Positions 25,132 to 36,600 of a stretch of 64,000 nt of DNA are shown one piece after another. Origin of the DNA: Halocafeteria seosinensis (taxonomy: Eukaryota); the NCBI GenBank assembly GCA_001687465.1, contig LVLI01000202.1, forward strand, positions 124,001 through 188,000, given 5' to 3'. A program made the translations under genes and the position numbers. Under the pieces are notes generated by a model. It saw nothing but the letters and a program-made list of their open reading frames with translations, searched no databases and was not told the origin of the DNA. Position 1 is the stretch's first letter; the number at the start of each line of letters is the position of its first letter.

Positions 25132-25974
25132 TTTCTGCTCCCCCCTTTGTGGTGGAGAGACTTTTTTCTCCATTTCACTTGTGTTTCTCTCGTATTTACT
25201 ATTGATTTGATTATATGGGGCGGTATCCGGGTTTCAGGCCTCACACAGATGCCTGGTGCTGGTGGCTTACAACTTAAGTGTAGCGGCTAACATCCAGCTG
25301 CCGGTGGGCCATCAGTCACATCTTCGTCGTTACTGGGCCTCCTCAGTAAGGTCGAGTGATGCGGACCAAGAGCGCATTGGTGTTAGTGTGGTATGTTCCT
25401 GCAGGACGGACACCGCCATCCGTGTGGACTTGAGGGAGCAACACTTTTTGATTTCTGGGGCGAATGCGGGGTGAGTATCGCCTGACCATCTCTCGGCGGA
25501 CAGTTTTCTAAGAAAGGGTTCCTTGTGCTGTTCACAGGCTCGGTAATGAAGTATCAAGAGCTCTCGCCGCTCGGAAAGCCTCCGTACAAGCCCCCCAGGG
25601 TACCATCCACCCCCCTAGATGATAGCGAGTCAAGTCCCTTTTCATCCCCCTGCAAAGGACAGGAAAGTGAAGATATATGCGAGTTTGGGAGCGAAAGATG
25701 CCTCTTCACAGTACGTCCACTCTAATGCATCAGGGATTACTGGAACGGCAGACAAAGAGTATGGTTCGCGCCGTATTGTAGTGAGCGCTATTTCGGAATC
25801 CACTGATTGAAGTTTTGCGTACTGGTTAACCCGCTAGAGCTACACTACACTACAGAGGGCGACACAGGTGCACAGTACAGAGGAAGGCGATACAATGCTG
25901 CACGTGCAGCTGCGCCAGGCCGTCTATCAAGACAAGGTGAGAGGGGAAATACCTAGTACGTGAGCTGCTTCTGT

Positions 25975-28719
25975 TCATTCATCATCTTCCTCATCTTCCG
26001 ACTCCTCGTTACCCCCGCCGTCGGGTAACGCTCCTGCGTTGGTAAGGTCCACCCCTGCTCGATTCCAGTCGACAGCTTCAACGAGACTTTCGAAACGATC
26101 CTCCACCTTGCCCAGATCCACCATGGAGCATTTCTTCAACCAGTCTGCTTCAGCGACAGGTATGGTATGTTGGGCACAGACAACTACTAACGGACTGGAC
26201 GGCTTGCCTTCTGGTGCAATCCATGTTTGGCGCGACACCGCGGGAAGAGCCTCGCGGCCGGAATAGTTGGAACTTGAGAACTTCCCAACAACCAAGACGC
26301 GCACTGCCCGATCGAGGACGTCTTTGTGGACAGCTGCCAGCTTCTGGTATTCAGCTGCCTTCTTCGTAGCACTGGTAACAAAAGGACCTGGTGGGTTGGC
26401 GTTTTTGAATATTTTTGCTCGATGAGCATTGGCGGCGTACTGTAACGACGGGCTTAGTGTGGCCAACGCTTTACGCACCAAGTCTAGAGTCACGTCGCCC
26501 ACGAGCTTGCATTGCAACAATACTACCCGTTTGACATCTGCATCGCCTCTTTTTTGACAGGCTAGAGCAATATCGGCACCGGCCACGTTTGCAATCCCGA
26601 ATAGTATCCGATCAGTACGCATCTTACCGCCTTTCAGCAGCTCCTGCAGCCAGCAGTTCGAGCAATCCTGCTCTAAGCTGAGCCGATGCACGCCGGCTCT
26701 CAGATCTTCCACTTCTTGCGCCTCTCCTTTTCCGGCTTTAGCTTTGCGTGCCTTGGAAAGGAATTGGATGTCGGCTGCGCTCACTGCTGTGATCGTCCAC
26801 TCAGAGAATTCGTCAGGGAGGAGCCTCGATCGATCCGCCAGGAGCGGGTCCAAAGCTTCCTTAAGATCCACTTCACCGCCGTTTCGAAGAACGCTCCACA
26901 GCAACCAAGTGACCATAAGCAGTTCAAACTTAGCACCATTGTTGTCGGCCATAGAATTCAGGAACGGACGTAGATATGAGGTCCACCAACACTTCGAATG
27001 CCGTGGAGTGGACTCGAGCCCACGCTCCCAAAGATACCGTGCCACCATGGCATCTGAATCGGTGTGCCAGAAATACTCGACGTAGGGGGAACCCTCTTGC
27101 GATAAGGCGCTACTCGTCACCACACCAGCTGCTTGCAAGCTGACGGTTACAGCAACGGGCAGCCGAATCACGCCGCCAGGGCCGCCTTGTAGTGCTAGCT
27201 GCACGAATGCACATCGCGTAGCACGAAACAGAGCCATCGTACCATATTGCGTAGGGCATCGCCAGCTCCAGTCCACAAGCGACTTCACCTTATCGATGAT
27301 GCGGCTTTGGAGCTGATCAGAATTCTGGGCCCCACGTTGTTGATGATGAAGGAGTACCGCAGAAAGCAGGGACGGTCGTCCGCACAGCAAGAGGTCTTTC
27401 CAGCCATCCAGCAGGCCCAGCTGCTTGAGGACATGCTCTGTCCTTTCCAAGCTGACGCTGGTGCGTAGTTGAAGCTTTGAAGAAATTCTGAGGGTTTTAG
27501 CACCGCCACGAGATTTCGAGTTTAACATCTCCAAAGGCGTACTAGATGTCAGGAAGATAGCAGTGCTGGCGGGCCAAAGTTGACGGAATGTGAGGATCCA
27601 CCCCACCGCCCGAACCAACGCCGTAAGGTAGTCGTCGACACACCAACCTTCTCCCAGTCTCTCGCCCGAGCCTCCGCCCAACGAAGACCCAGCAACACTC
27701 GGAGTGGCATCACTGGCTACGTCGTCGGTGGCGGATGTAGGAAGCATGTCGGCCTGTGCAGCCATGGCGGAGGCAGGTGGGGGCTCGAAGGGCAGGGAAG
27801 CGTGCAGCTGCTTGAGGACCCCAAGCTCGTCAATGCAGAGAGCAAACTTGCCGATGTCTCCACCGACTTTCTCGAAACCAGCACCTGCGTCGTCGGAATC
27901 GCTGTCGGAGTCTGCCTCTGCATTTTCATCAGATGGGAAGGCGCGACGCAGCCAGCTACACACCACCTCGCCCGGGCGATTCTCACTCTGAATGAGTTGG
28001 AGCAGCACAGAGATGATACGTCTCTTGAGTAGTCCGAGAGATTTGCGTTTGACGGCTGCATACGCTGCTGCCGCCTCCCGAGTAGTCCAACGGGAAGGCG
28101 TATTAGGCTCGTCTGATGAATTGCGTGCGACATCCACGCCAAATGCGAGATGTCCGAGCACCACGGCAAGGCTCAAGTAGAATAGCGCGGCAGGGCCGAC
28201 CTCATTATCTACCTTGCGCGAAGCCTCAATGATATCTCTCCAAATTGAAGTGGGCTGCAGTTGGTGGTCCTGCCGCTTTCCGACGGGAATAGTGAGATGA
28301 AAACAGTTGTTGTTCGCGCGTGAAGCTGCGAACGCCGCTGCACTTCGTCCGACGCCTGTGCCATGCTGTCGGACTTCGTAGACCCGGATTTGTTCGTCCT
28401 TTGGTGGGAGTTCAGGCTCGAATAGTTCCTGATCGCAGATATCGATAGATTCCGGCAACAGTACGTCTCGCGCCGGCTCGCGCCTCATGTTTCTCGTCAA
28501 CCAGCCAACCACATTACGGTCTTGTATGCCCAATGAAGCGCCATACTCGGAGACCGTGTATTTCGGTACGTCCTCATTGTGTTTTGTATCGATCTTCCAG
28601 CGCGTTTTGAGCGAGGCAGCGATATCCTTCAAGATGGCTGCGGGGATCTTTGAAGAGGAGCAGGAGGGAGGGGAGGTAAAGGCGACACTCTCACGACTCG
28701 ATGGACGACCGACGATCAT
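25975..28719 (-). CDS. Crinkler/RHS-like (CR) protein: P-loop NTPase plus C-terminal restriction-endonuclease-fold domain; intronless CDS
   Basis: Walker A-like HGTGVGRS (28341-28365), Walker B FALCIDE (about 27825-27847), GRP motif, GAKFELL helix, then GADIAL...VVLLQCK (D...QxK, about 26505-26580). Visibly GC-richer than its flanks. Confidence 0.7.
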   Translation of the reverse strand: MIVGRPSSRESVAFTSPPSCSSSKIPAAILKDIAASLKTRWKIDTKHNEDVPKYTVSEYGASLGIQDRNVVGWLTRNMRREPARDVLLPESIDICDQELFEPELPPKDEQIRVYEVRQHGTGVGRSAAAFAASRANNNCFHLTIPVGKRQDHQLQPTSIWRDIIEASRKVDNEVGPAALFYLSLAVVLGHLAFGVDVARNSSDEPNTPSRWTTREAAAAYAAVKRKSLGLLKRRIISVLLQLIQSENRPGEVVCSWLRRAFPSDENAEADSDSDSDDAGAGFEKVGGDIGKFALCIDELGVLKQLHASLPFEPPPASAMAAQADMLPTSATDDVASDATPSVAGSSLGGGSGERLGEGWCVDDYLTALVRAVGWILTFRQLWPASTAIFLTSSTPLEMLNSKSRGGAKTLRISSKLQLRTSVSLERTEHVLKQLGLLDGWKDLLLCGRPSLLSAVLLHHQQRGAQNSDQLQSRIIDKVKSLVDWSWRCPTQYGTMALFRATRCAFVQLALQGGPGGVIRLPVAVTVSLQAAGVVTSSALSQEGSPYVEYFWHTDSDAMVARYLWERGLESTPRHSKCWWTSYLRPFLNSMADNNGAKFELLMVTWLLWSVLRNGGEVDLKEALDPLLADRSRLLPDEFSEWTITAVSAADIQFLSKARKAKAGKGEAQEVEDLRAGVHRLSLEQDCSNCWLQELLKGGKMRTDRILFGIANVAGADIALACQKRGDADVKRVVLLQCKLVGDVTLDLVRKALATLSPSLQYAANAHRAKIFKNANPPGPFVTSATKKAAEYQKLAAVHKDVLDRAVRVLVVGKFSSSNYSGREALPAVSRQTWIAPEGKPSSPLVVVCAQHTIPVAEADWLKKCSMVDLGKVEDRFESLVEAVDWNRAGVDLTNAGALPDGGGNEESEDEEDDE

Positions 28720-29223
28720 CCCGATCACTCATCCTTGAACACACAAAGCAAACGTCAGCAATACAAATAATCACTCCGATAGCCTACGGACTTACCTCAA
28801 AATTTGGCGCCAATCTGCGTAAAACCAGGAAAACAGACAGGGCCCTTTTTTGGACTTCTTCATTTTGAAAAAAACAAAAACAAAAAAAGGAGGCTTTCAA
28901 GAGCCTTTTCTCCTCTATATTGGGCGCTTTCCAAGCCATATATAGACATACACAAGACGTACCTGATTCCCGAACTCACTCACTCAGAGGAAGAAAAAAA
29001 TGGGGCTGATATCGAGGGGCTTTTAACGAAAAATTTAATAAATGTGGAAGAGAAAAAGGAGTATAGCGCCTATTATGAGCACTTTCCAAAAATCTTCTTT
29101 ATCAATCCGTAAGGGTGCGAAACGTCTTTGTTTCTTTCTTTCTTTCGGAAAAGAAGCAAGCGAACAAGCCAAAGCAACGGATGGAAACAATCCTGATCGC
29201 CTTTGATTCACTATGCAGGCACT

Positions 29224-29701
29224 CAAATGTGACAGATAGCCCACCGGCCGGGAAGTTGACCACATCCTCTTAACGAGGCTGGGACAAATCTCCCCACTTT
29301 TCGTCTCCCCAATCGCCCTCGTCGAGCTCGTCTGTTTCCATTCTATGCCAGAGTGCCAATAACACAAGTATTTGTTTTTTAAGTGTGCGTGTGTATTACA
29401 GCATGGATTAGACCCGTCGGTAATTCATTGTTCGACTTACGAACAAGCGGCCAGTGGCCACCCGAATTCCTGACACCTTCATGCATGTTGAAGTTGTGCA
29501 GTGTGATCCGCGCGTCCGAAAACGGTCCGACGCGAAGTCGATATACCGTAAAATATGAAATCGACCATCCAAATTATTTTCAAACAGAAGCAACGGTTTC
29601 CAACGCTAAGGATAAAATGAGTAAGGATGAAACGTGTGCCTCCCCCTCCAAAACATGAGTTGGTTTGAGTAAGCCGGCCGGTGGGCTATCTGTCACATTT
29701 G
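29224..29701. mobile_element. Putative non-autonomous DNA transposon (MITE-like), about 478 bp, 28-bp perfect TIRs
   Basis: CAAATGTGACAGATAGCCCACCGGCCGG at 29224-29251 and its exact reverse complement at 29674-29701. No transposase inside. Confidence 0.65.
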
Positions 29702-29871
29702 TGTGTGAGCTAGCAGTGGGGTATGATGGTGGTTATCGAATTAAAACCTAAAAGTACGCTGATAACCAAGTTCCAGAAGATTGGAGTAAGGCCGATGCTT
29801 AAAAAGATCGTATTTTGACTAGAGCCAAATGTTAGCAAGGTTAACTCCCACACACACAAATGTGACACACA

Positions 29872-29918
29872 CACACACAAATGTGACAGATAGCCCACCG
29901 GCCGGGAAGTTGACCACA
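29872..29918 (+). repeat. Third copy of the terminal repeat (possible left end of a second element)
   Basis: 29878-29918 is identical over 41 bp to 29224-29264. It is preceded by (CA)n and a partial copy CACACAAATGTGA. Confidence 0.85.
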
Positions 29919-29919
29919 C

Positions 29920-30500
29920 CCATTTTCATTTAACGATTCTTACCAGAGTAGGTATGAGAAAATCATTTTCTTGTAACTTACCACTGACTTACACGTCATG
30001 TCAAAATATCCTTTTACCGTGACAATAAATTGATTTGTTTAAATATTCTTGTCTATTTTCTTCCAAATATGGATCGGCGATTATAAAATATCTCATAAGA
30101 TCATTTATATATCTCTTGTTTTCTATCATTTCCATGATATAATCTTTTCTAAGAAAATTTCACTGTGCCAGCAAGCCTCCAGCACAAGGGTTTAGGAAGA
30201 GGCCTCCTGAACCTTTGACCCACAGGAAGTATCAAGATGCTTAATATAACGGTTACTGCCACACACAACCCCAAATGCTGTAAAAGATAGCAGTGGAATC
30301 CTTTGTTCAGAACTAACGCATGTAACCGTTGTTTTTCCTTCCCGTTGTATACATGGCCAACCTATTGCCATGGATAATTGAGAACTTTTACAACTTGTCT
30401 CTTTAAAATATGATTCTGTCTCTAAATCATTAAACATGGCTACGGTTGAAAATCCAAGCGTGCAAATTTACAGAAGGACTAATACATTGATTAAAAATAT
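29920..30500 (-). pseudogene. AT-rich decayed coding remnant of foreign composition
   Basis: Broken minus-strand frames, e.g. NFLRKDYIMEMIENKRYINDLMRYFIIADPYLEENRQEYLNKSIYCHGKRIF*, with A/T-ending codons unlike the host genes. Confidence 0.35.
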
Positions 30501-30993
30501 CGAGTGTGCGCCCTAAAATCTGAATAGCTGTGAGCACAATCCTTGCCTCAGTTACTGTATGGTTTCTGGTATTCAAGTACGCTGCGGATGCTTTTAGAAT
30601 AGTACATACAGGTTGAGCACGGACGTCACTTCCTCTAGCTCCTCGGCTATTCTTTCAGCGCCTTTGTTCGGAGCTCGAAATTGATCGAGTGTACCGGATA
30701 CCAAGTAGTAGTGGTAGTGTCCAGGGGCGACGTCCTACGTCCCGAACTGCAGTATGGGTTCAACATTGGGAGTCAATGCACGGTAGAGCACCTTCTCTTC
30801 AGTTGCTTTCCCAGGAAAGAAACCCAACGCAGTGAGCATTAAGAGTTTAGGTTGTTCACAGAGCCCATCGGATTGGGCTTGGCCGTCCCTCCAAGCTTGA
30901 CGCATTAAAGTGATCAGCCCTAGTTCACTTCGGCAGGAAGCTTGGAAAACTTCCAGATGAATTTACCTGGACTGCTCTAGGCTCGGTAGAGGT

Positions 30994-32602
30994 TTAATGA
31001 TTCATACCATCAGTGCTCTTTTGCCAATCTGTTGCTTTCGTGTGATATATGTGCCATAGATGAGGCTCGTGCATTCTCAAATTCCTAATGTCTCCACTTT
31101 GCTCCAACTCTTTAAATTGTCCGTACATACCGACGTCTTCTTTCCCATGGATTGTCCGAGAGGCATATGGACCACTGGAACAAACAAGTAAACAAACGAT
31201 CATATACTTATGATTCTACGAAACTAATTGCTACTACTGCATGCTACGTACCAATATCCAAAAGGATTATCGTAGAAATAAAAGATAGCGGTCCCATAAG
31301 CGTCGACTCGATTCGTTGAATGACTCCTCTTCCAGATTGTGCCGTCGATCAAGTGATTAAAGAGTGTATCGAGGCCTTGGACTTTCGATGTTGTACCCCG
31401 TAAGATAGGAAACGTGACAGATTTCCCTAGACATGTATTTACCAATGCTCTATCAATCGCCGACGAATCAGTCATCACTAGGTCAGCGTCCATAAGGTAA
31501 AGGAGGCTACGGTTTGCAGGAGTCGGGATGTATCTCAGAGCAGAATTGTAAATCTGTGACAACAGTTAAGGACACTTAAAGAAAGCACTGTGGAGAATAA
31601 CACTGAGAGTTACTTACACTCCCTCTCGAAAAAGCCTCAGTTACGCTTTTTCTAGTAATCAACCGAACATGACCATTCCAAGCTTCACGCAGTTTCGATG
31701 ACACTGACACATTCACATTAGTCCCATAGTCGCTTACGTAGACGCACGTGCAGTGGGCCCATTCAGGCGGATTTTCGCATTGCTCTGTGGAATTCCGCAT
31801 GGATTGCACTATTCGAACCAAGTTGTCGGGACGATTTCTGTGCCCGATCACTATGTAGATAAACGGAAATCGGCGTTGATTACACCGACGGAGATCACAA
31901 TAGGGTTCCTCCAGAACACGACCATTATGGGGAAACACTGGACACTCAATATCAGTAGTGTGTCCGACATGCGACATTGATAAGGACCGCTGTACTAAGA
32001 GACCACGATCTTCCACAAAGGGGAGTCTATCCATTCCATGTACCGATGTCACTTGGTTGGTCTCTTTCGCGTTACACATAGCTTTTCGCCACTCACTTAG
32101 CTTTCGCTGAAATTCGGGAGGACCCCATAAACCTAATTTCTTTGGAGAATTGTTGTAGTCTATAGATCCAAATTTTCGGGAATAGTAATTTCCAGGCAGT
32201 TTGGCCCGGGCAGGGTCAGCTTTTAATGCCAGTGCGTGACGGCGTGCCATCGAATGGCTTGCTTCGACGCTCGCTTCAACTACTTCCCGTATCGGCGCTA
32301 TCCTCTGACTGAAGGAATTCAGATCTATGGCTGCAATATATGACACAGCTGTATATCCAGTGGTACAGCTCCTTCATTGGAGGTATACAAATGCACGTAC
32401 CAACACCACCCTTGCTCCAGGACACATTCACATCCTGAGCATTGGAAGCGTACCATTTCGAACAGATCGATGACGAACGAAATTCCCTAGCTATAGACCT
32501 GGTAGCAACTGGGAGATCCATCGTTTGCTTCAGTGCTGATCCAATAAAGAGGCTTTCCAACAGCAGCACGACGTAGCAGACTCCCTTCAACAAGTGCTTC
32601 AT
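30994..32602 (-). CDS. GT-A glycosyltransferase, chondroitin GalNAc-transferase (CHGN)/GT7-like; 3' end uncertain
   Basis: N-terminal hydrophobic anchor; IYIVIGHRNR; VSDYGT; FSRG; LYLMDAD (DxD); GKSVTFPI; GKEDV; LWHIYH. Confidence 0.75.
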
Positions 32603-33608
32603 GGCCTACTCCCTCGCTCTCCCCATCCGACCAAGCATCACACTACGGTACATCTGGCTCGTATAGAGAGGTGCATTCATGCTACTACCATTCCGATCGT
32701 CGTACCGTATTAAAAAAACCTGCTTGGGGCTAGCATCCAGTAGTAGTAGCATGTGACGTCCCCCTGGAAGTTCACAACTTGCGACAAGAACTTCGTTACA
32801 TCGCGAGCGTACCCGCGGCAGGAATAGTCCCTTGTTGCGCGTGTAGACCGTCAATACTATACTATTTGCACTATGGATTCTGTTCCATTTTGCCTGGCCA
32901 TGATGGTTGAGCACACGAAGGCAGTTTCTGCAGTTTGCACATATTCACACATTACAGTAGTCCCTGAGGAGGGGCATCAGCCTTCCCATCCTCAGATACT
33001 GTCTTAAGAGCCACTTTGAGTCGGTGCCCTATATACCTTTTGTTTTCAGTTCCCACAGAGTTGTTGGGTAAGACTTTTCTTCCAACTGGGTGTGGACAGT
33101 GTACCCCTTTCCCTTCCTGCGAAGCTGTTTCTTCCTTAGTTTTATCTGCCTCGGTTCTCGCATGCTTGGTGGTAGATATAGACCCAGATGGACCCTTCTA
33201 CCTTTCTGTATGGGACGAAGAGTTCCTATGGCGTTTCCATATGTGTGTGCGTTTCCTCGTTCACACGTGCTCGTTTTGTTTGGCCCGTACCCGTGGTACA
33301 ACATACATGTATGTCTTCTTTCCATCGTCAAACGAGACGAACTCCTTGCTAGTAGGAAATACACTTACACCCGAACAAAAAATTTCGCGCTCGGATATTA
33401 GCAACAACCGCAATTGATTGAATATGTACCACGCAAGCTTGCTTGCTAATCGTAGGTTTTCCGCTCAATTCAGTGATCGGTATAAGGTAGAATACGCATA
33501 CAGACCGGTAATGTTGGCACACAGAAGTTTTTAGCGCCGGCTGTGTCGTTGAATCAGTGCTGATGTCTCTTTGTAACTATACACGTGCACATACCACAAC
33601 ATTAGACG

Positions 33609-36600
33609 ATGAATGCCTCAGCGCGACCGAAGTCCCCCTTTAGCGCTTCCAGTGGCGCATCTTCGACAGCGTCTACTCCACCTTTAGGAGGTTCTACGAA
33701 CGCCAGTAGCTCAGGGACGAAGAGCACGCTGCAAAAACAGGCGGGGGAAAATGGTCCATTGGGTTCGGATATCTTCGAAACAGCACGAGCTTGGTCGTTT
33801 GTGAATGCCAGCCGAGATCGTAGTCGAGTTATCTTTCCAGATCCAGCCGCTCCTACGCCTGCCGGAGGCATTGCTCTGGTTCAAGAGGATGGTAGCGAGA
33901 TCATGGTCTTTCGGGAGACCGGAGATATCGACTGCAAGATCCCTCAACGTCATGCAAACATCCAGCGAGTAGCGCAGTCTCCCGCACGCCCGAATGTACT
34001 ATACGCGCTGGAGGACACACACCTTGTCGCCCACATCAATTGGCACCGCATTGTTGAAGACGAATTAGTCGACCGAGATGACTACTATGGCCTCGCTGAT
34101 GAATATGGGACACTCGAGAACAGCACTGTAGCAAGCCTTGAAACAGGGGAATCGAGCCACACGTACCGAGCCGTCTCTTTGCCTTTGCCAGCGTATCAGC
34201 TTTATAATCGATGCCCTCTTGCAGTCTGTCCCGCGACAGGTATTATCGGCATCGTGATTATGTACCCTCGAAGCGCCCCACGGGCCTCTGTTGGCGATGC
34301 TAAAGGAGGAAGCGGCACTTCCATAGAACCTACAGATTGGAGGTTGCCATGTGACGAAGATGAGCCGCACTCAATGGCACTGAAGATGTTTACATGGACG
34401 ATGAGTGAAGAGTTTCAATGGAGACCAATTTACAGTATTGTAAGTATCCGATTTAGTTCGGGTGTTCTGCCAATTTCTTATATTTGTTTCGGTGCAGACA
34501 CTTCAGGAGTTCCCTCTCGGAGTGGGAGTCGCTGGAAGCTCTCCAGGGGTTACAAACGTATCACAGCAAATCCAACAGATCGCAATATGCGGATCCCTTG
34601 TGGCTATATCGAGGGGCGATTCAACAGATGTAGTTTCAGTCTTGAACGCGGCCGACTTGTCCGCCTCAGAAGACGTTCCGCCTACTCCGAGGGCTGGTCA
34701 GAAGCAGCAAGAATGGAATGGGTTTTATGCCGAACGAAATATGGACTTAGCTCTATTTCCTCCTTGTAAAGAATTTTTCATTTGTGATACAGAAATGTGT
34801 GACAAGTCTGCTGTACTTCTACTCCGCCGTCTTGAGAGTTCAGCGGAGGAACTCCTGTCTATAGAGTTTCTGACTCGCGGAATTGCTCCCAGGACTGGGA
34901 GATATAGGACTCTCCTTTTCGTTCATACTAGAAGTGTTTCTTTAGAGTATGAAATTTTCGGACACTCTTCCATGGTGTTCAATCCTTTAGCTTCGGCAAA
35001 TCAATGGGTGAGTCAAACATCTTGCGACTTCGCCCAAGAAATAGCGGAGTCGTCGTTACGTGCCGTTGAAGAAATGTTTTGTCTTGAAGACGTTTTGGAA
35101 CGTAGTGGAAATACTGGTGGGACGAATCTTGCAAGGTATCGCAATAGGACCGCCGTAGCAAAACAGGGACGTTTTCCCTGGCGTTCAGGAGCATGCTCTG
35201 CGGTAGCGACAAGGCGAGGGGTCATTGGAATCACCCCTGAAGGTACACTAGAAGGGTACTCATGGAATTCTATGAGCCCTGACATTAGGAATCGTGATGC
35301 ACCGTACATAGAGGAAGCGACTGCCTCCAAAATGGCAGCTGTCCGTTTGGATCTTAGCGCCATCGAAAGACCATCATCCCTCATGCACTTTACGCAAATA
35401 TTTTCCTTACCGGACGCAGTCGTGGTATGGATCAGAAGCTCTCCTTCCCAAGGGAAACGTAACGTGCTTGAAAAAGCTCCAAGGTCCGCTCCGAAGACAG
35501 TTTCTCGGAGCTCGCTGCTTCCCTTCATGTCTATCAAAAACCCCTCCCAAATTCATGCCCGAGCTGATTTAGCGATACACGTGGAGATGTATCCAGTTGT
35601 GGAGAGTGCGGCATCTTTAGTGAATCAACTTAAGGATAGCTCCTCTCCGAAAGATATTGAGTTGGCCGTGTGGAACTGTTTTACTTTGCTGCAGAATCTG
35701 CTTGTTCAATCGACTCACCGCTTTGACTTCTACTTCGGTGATGAACCTGCCATTCAGTTCGAAATGCATGTTAAGCAGATAACATCGCTCCTTAAAAGGC
35801 TTGTAATAGTGTCGATTGACAAAATCTCCAAGTGTACGTTTGATGGGAAGGAGTTGTCTCCTTTGATCCGCGGTGTAACTCATTGTGTAGCGCTACTGCT
35901 TGTTTTACCCTTCACGGAGAGCAAGGATATTATTGAAGTTGCGAAAGATCTAACAGGACGACTAAGGGCGTGGGTCTCTGAGAATTGGGGTTCTCCTTCG
36001 GAGATGCTATTTGCTACAATTCTTCTGTGCGCACTGTATGCCCAATGCAGTAAATCCAGTCTGACCAGCAGAGTTTCTTCGTCGCATGAGGTCGATATTC
36101 CCGTGAATGGATGCGTTCAGACTGCGGAAGACGATGCGATAAAATGCATGAAGGAGATATCCGTGCAGACCGCTAATATGACGTTTCGCCATCTTGACTG
36201 CTGGAGAATTGGTGAAATGATTGAGCTAATGTGTGGACGCTACAGTGACCAATCTTCGACGACCGAGATATGCAATCGATTGGAGTACTGTGTACCGCAA
36301 GCGATGCTGAAAGATTCACACTTGCCTATCAACGCTCAGCGCTGCCTCGCTATCTTTGATGTCATTTTGCTCTGTTCCCAACGTAACCGCGTAGTTTCAG
36401 CCGAGATAGCACGAGTATTTTTTGGATCATCTTTGCTGAACGTTTACGAGAGCATAATAGGCATTGAAAGCATTCACAGCATCGATCTTCTTCTTTGCTT
36501 GATTATGTCCCGGAAGGCTTGCGAAGAGCTTGTCTTGAGCACAGAAGTGAAGGAGGCGCGGTTTGGGGATCATATCACTGGGGATATACCACCGGCTGAT

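Noticed and set aside
25897..25910. 14-bp palindrome GCTGCACGTGCAGC downstream of the CR gene as an element end
   Set aside because: No matching partner or target-site duplication found; could be chance.
28803..28813. LTR retrotransposon primer-binding site (TGGCGCC)
   Set aside because: No adjacent LTR and no gag/pol; the motif sits inside a predicted micro-exon.
29224..29918. CRISPR-like array
   Set aside because: Only three copies, in mixed orientation, with spacing of hundreds of bases; no cas genes; eukaryotic context.
34462..34769. Overlapping dual-coding ORFs or programmed frameshift
   Set aside because: Explained by a canonical GT-AG intron at 34440-34497.
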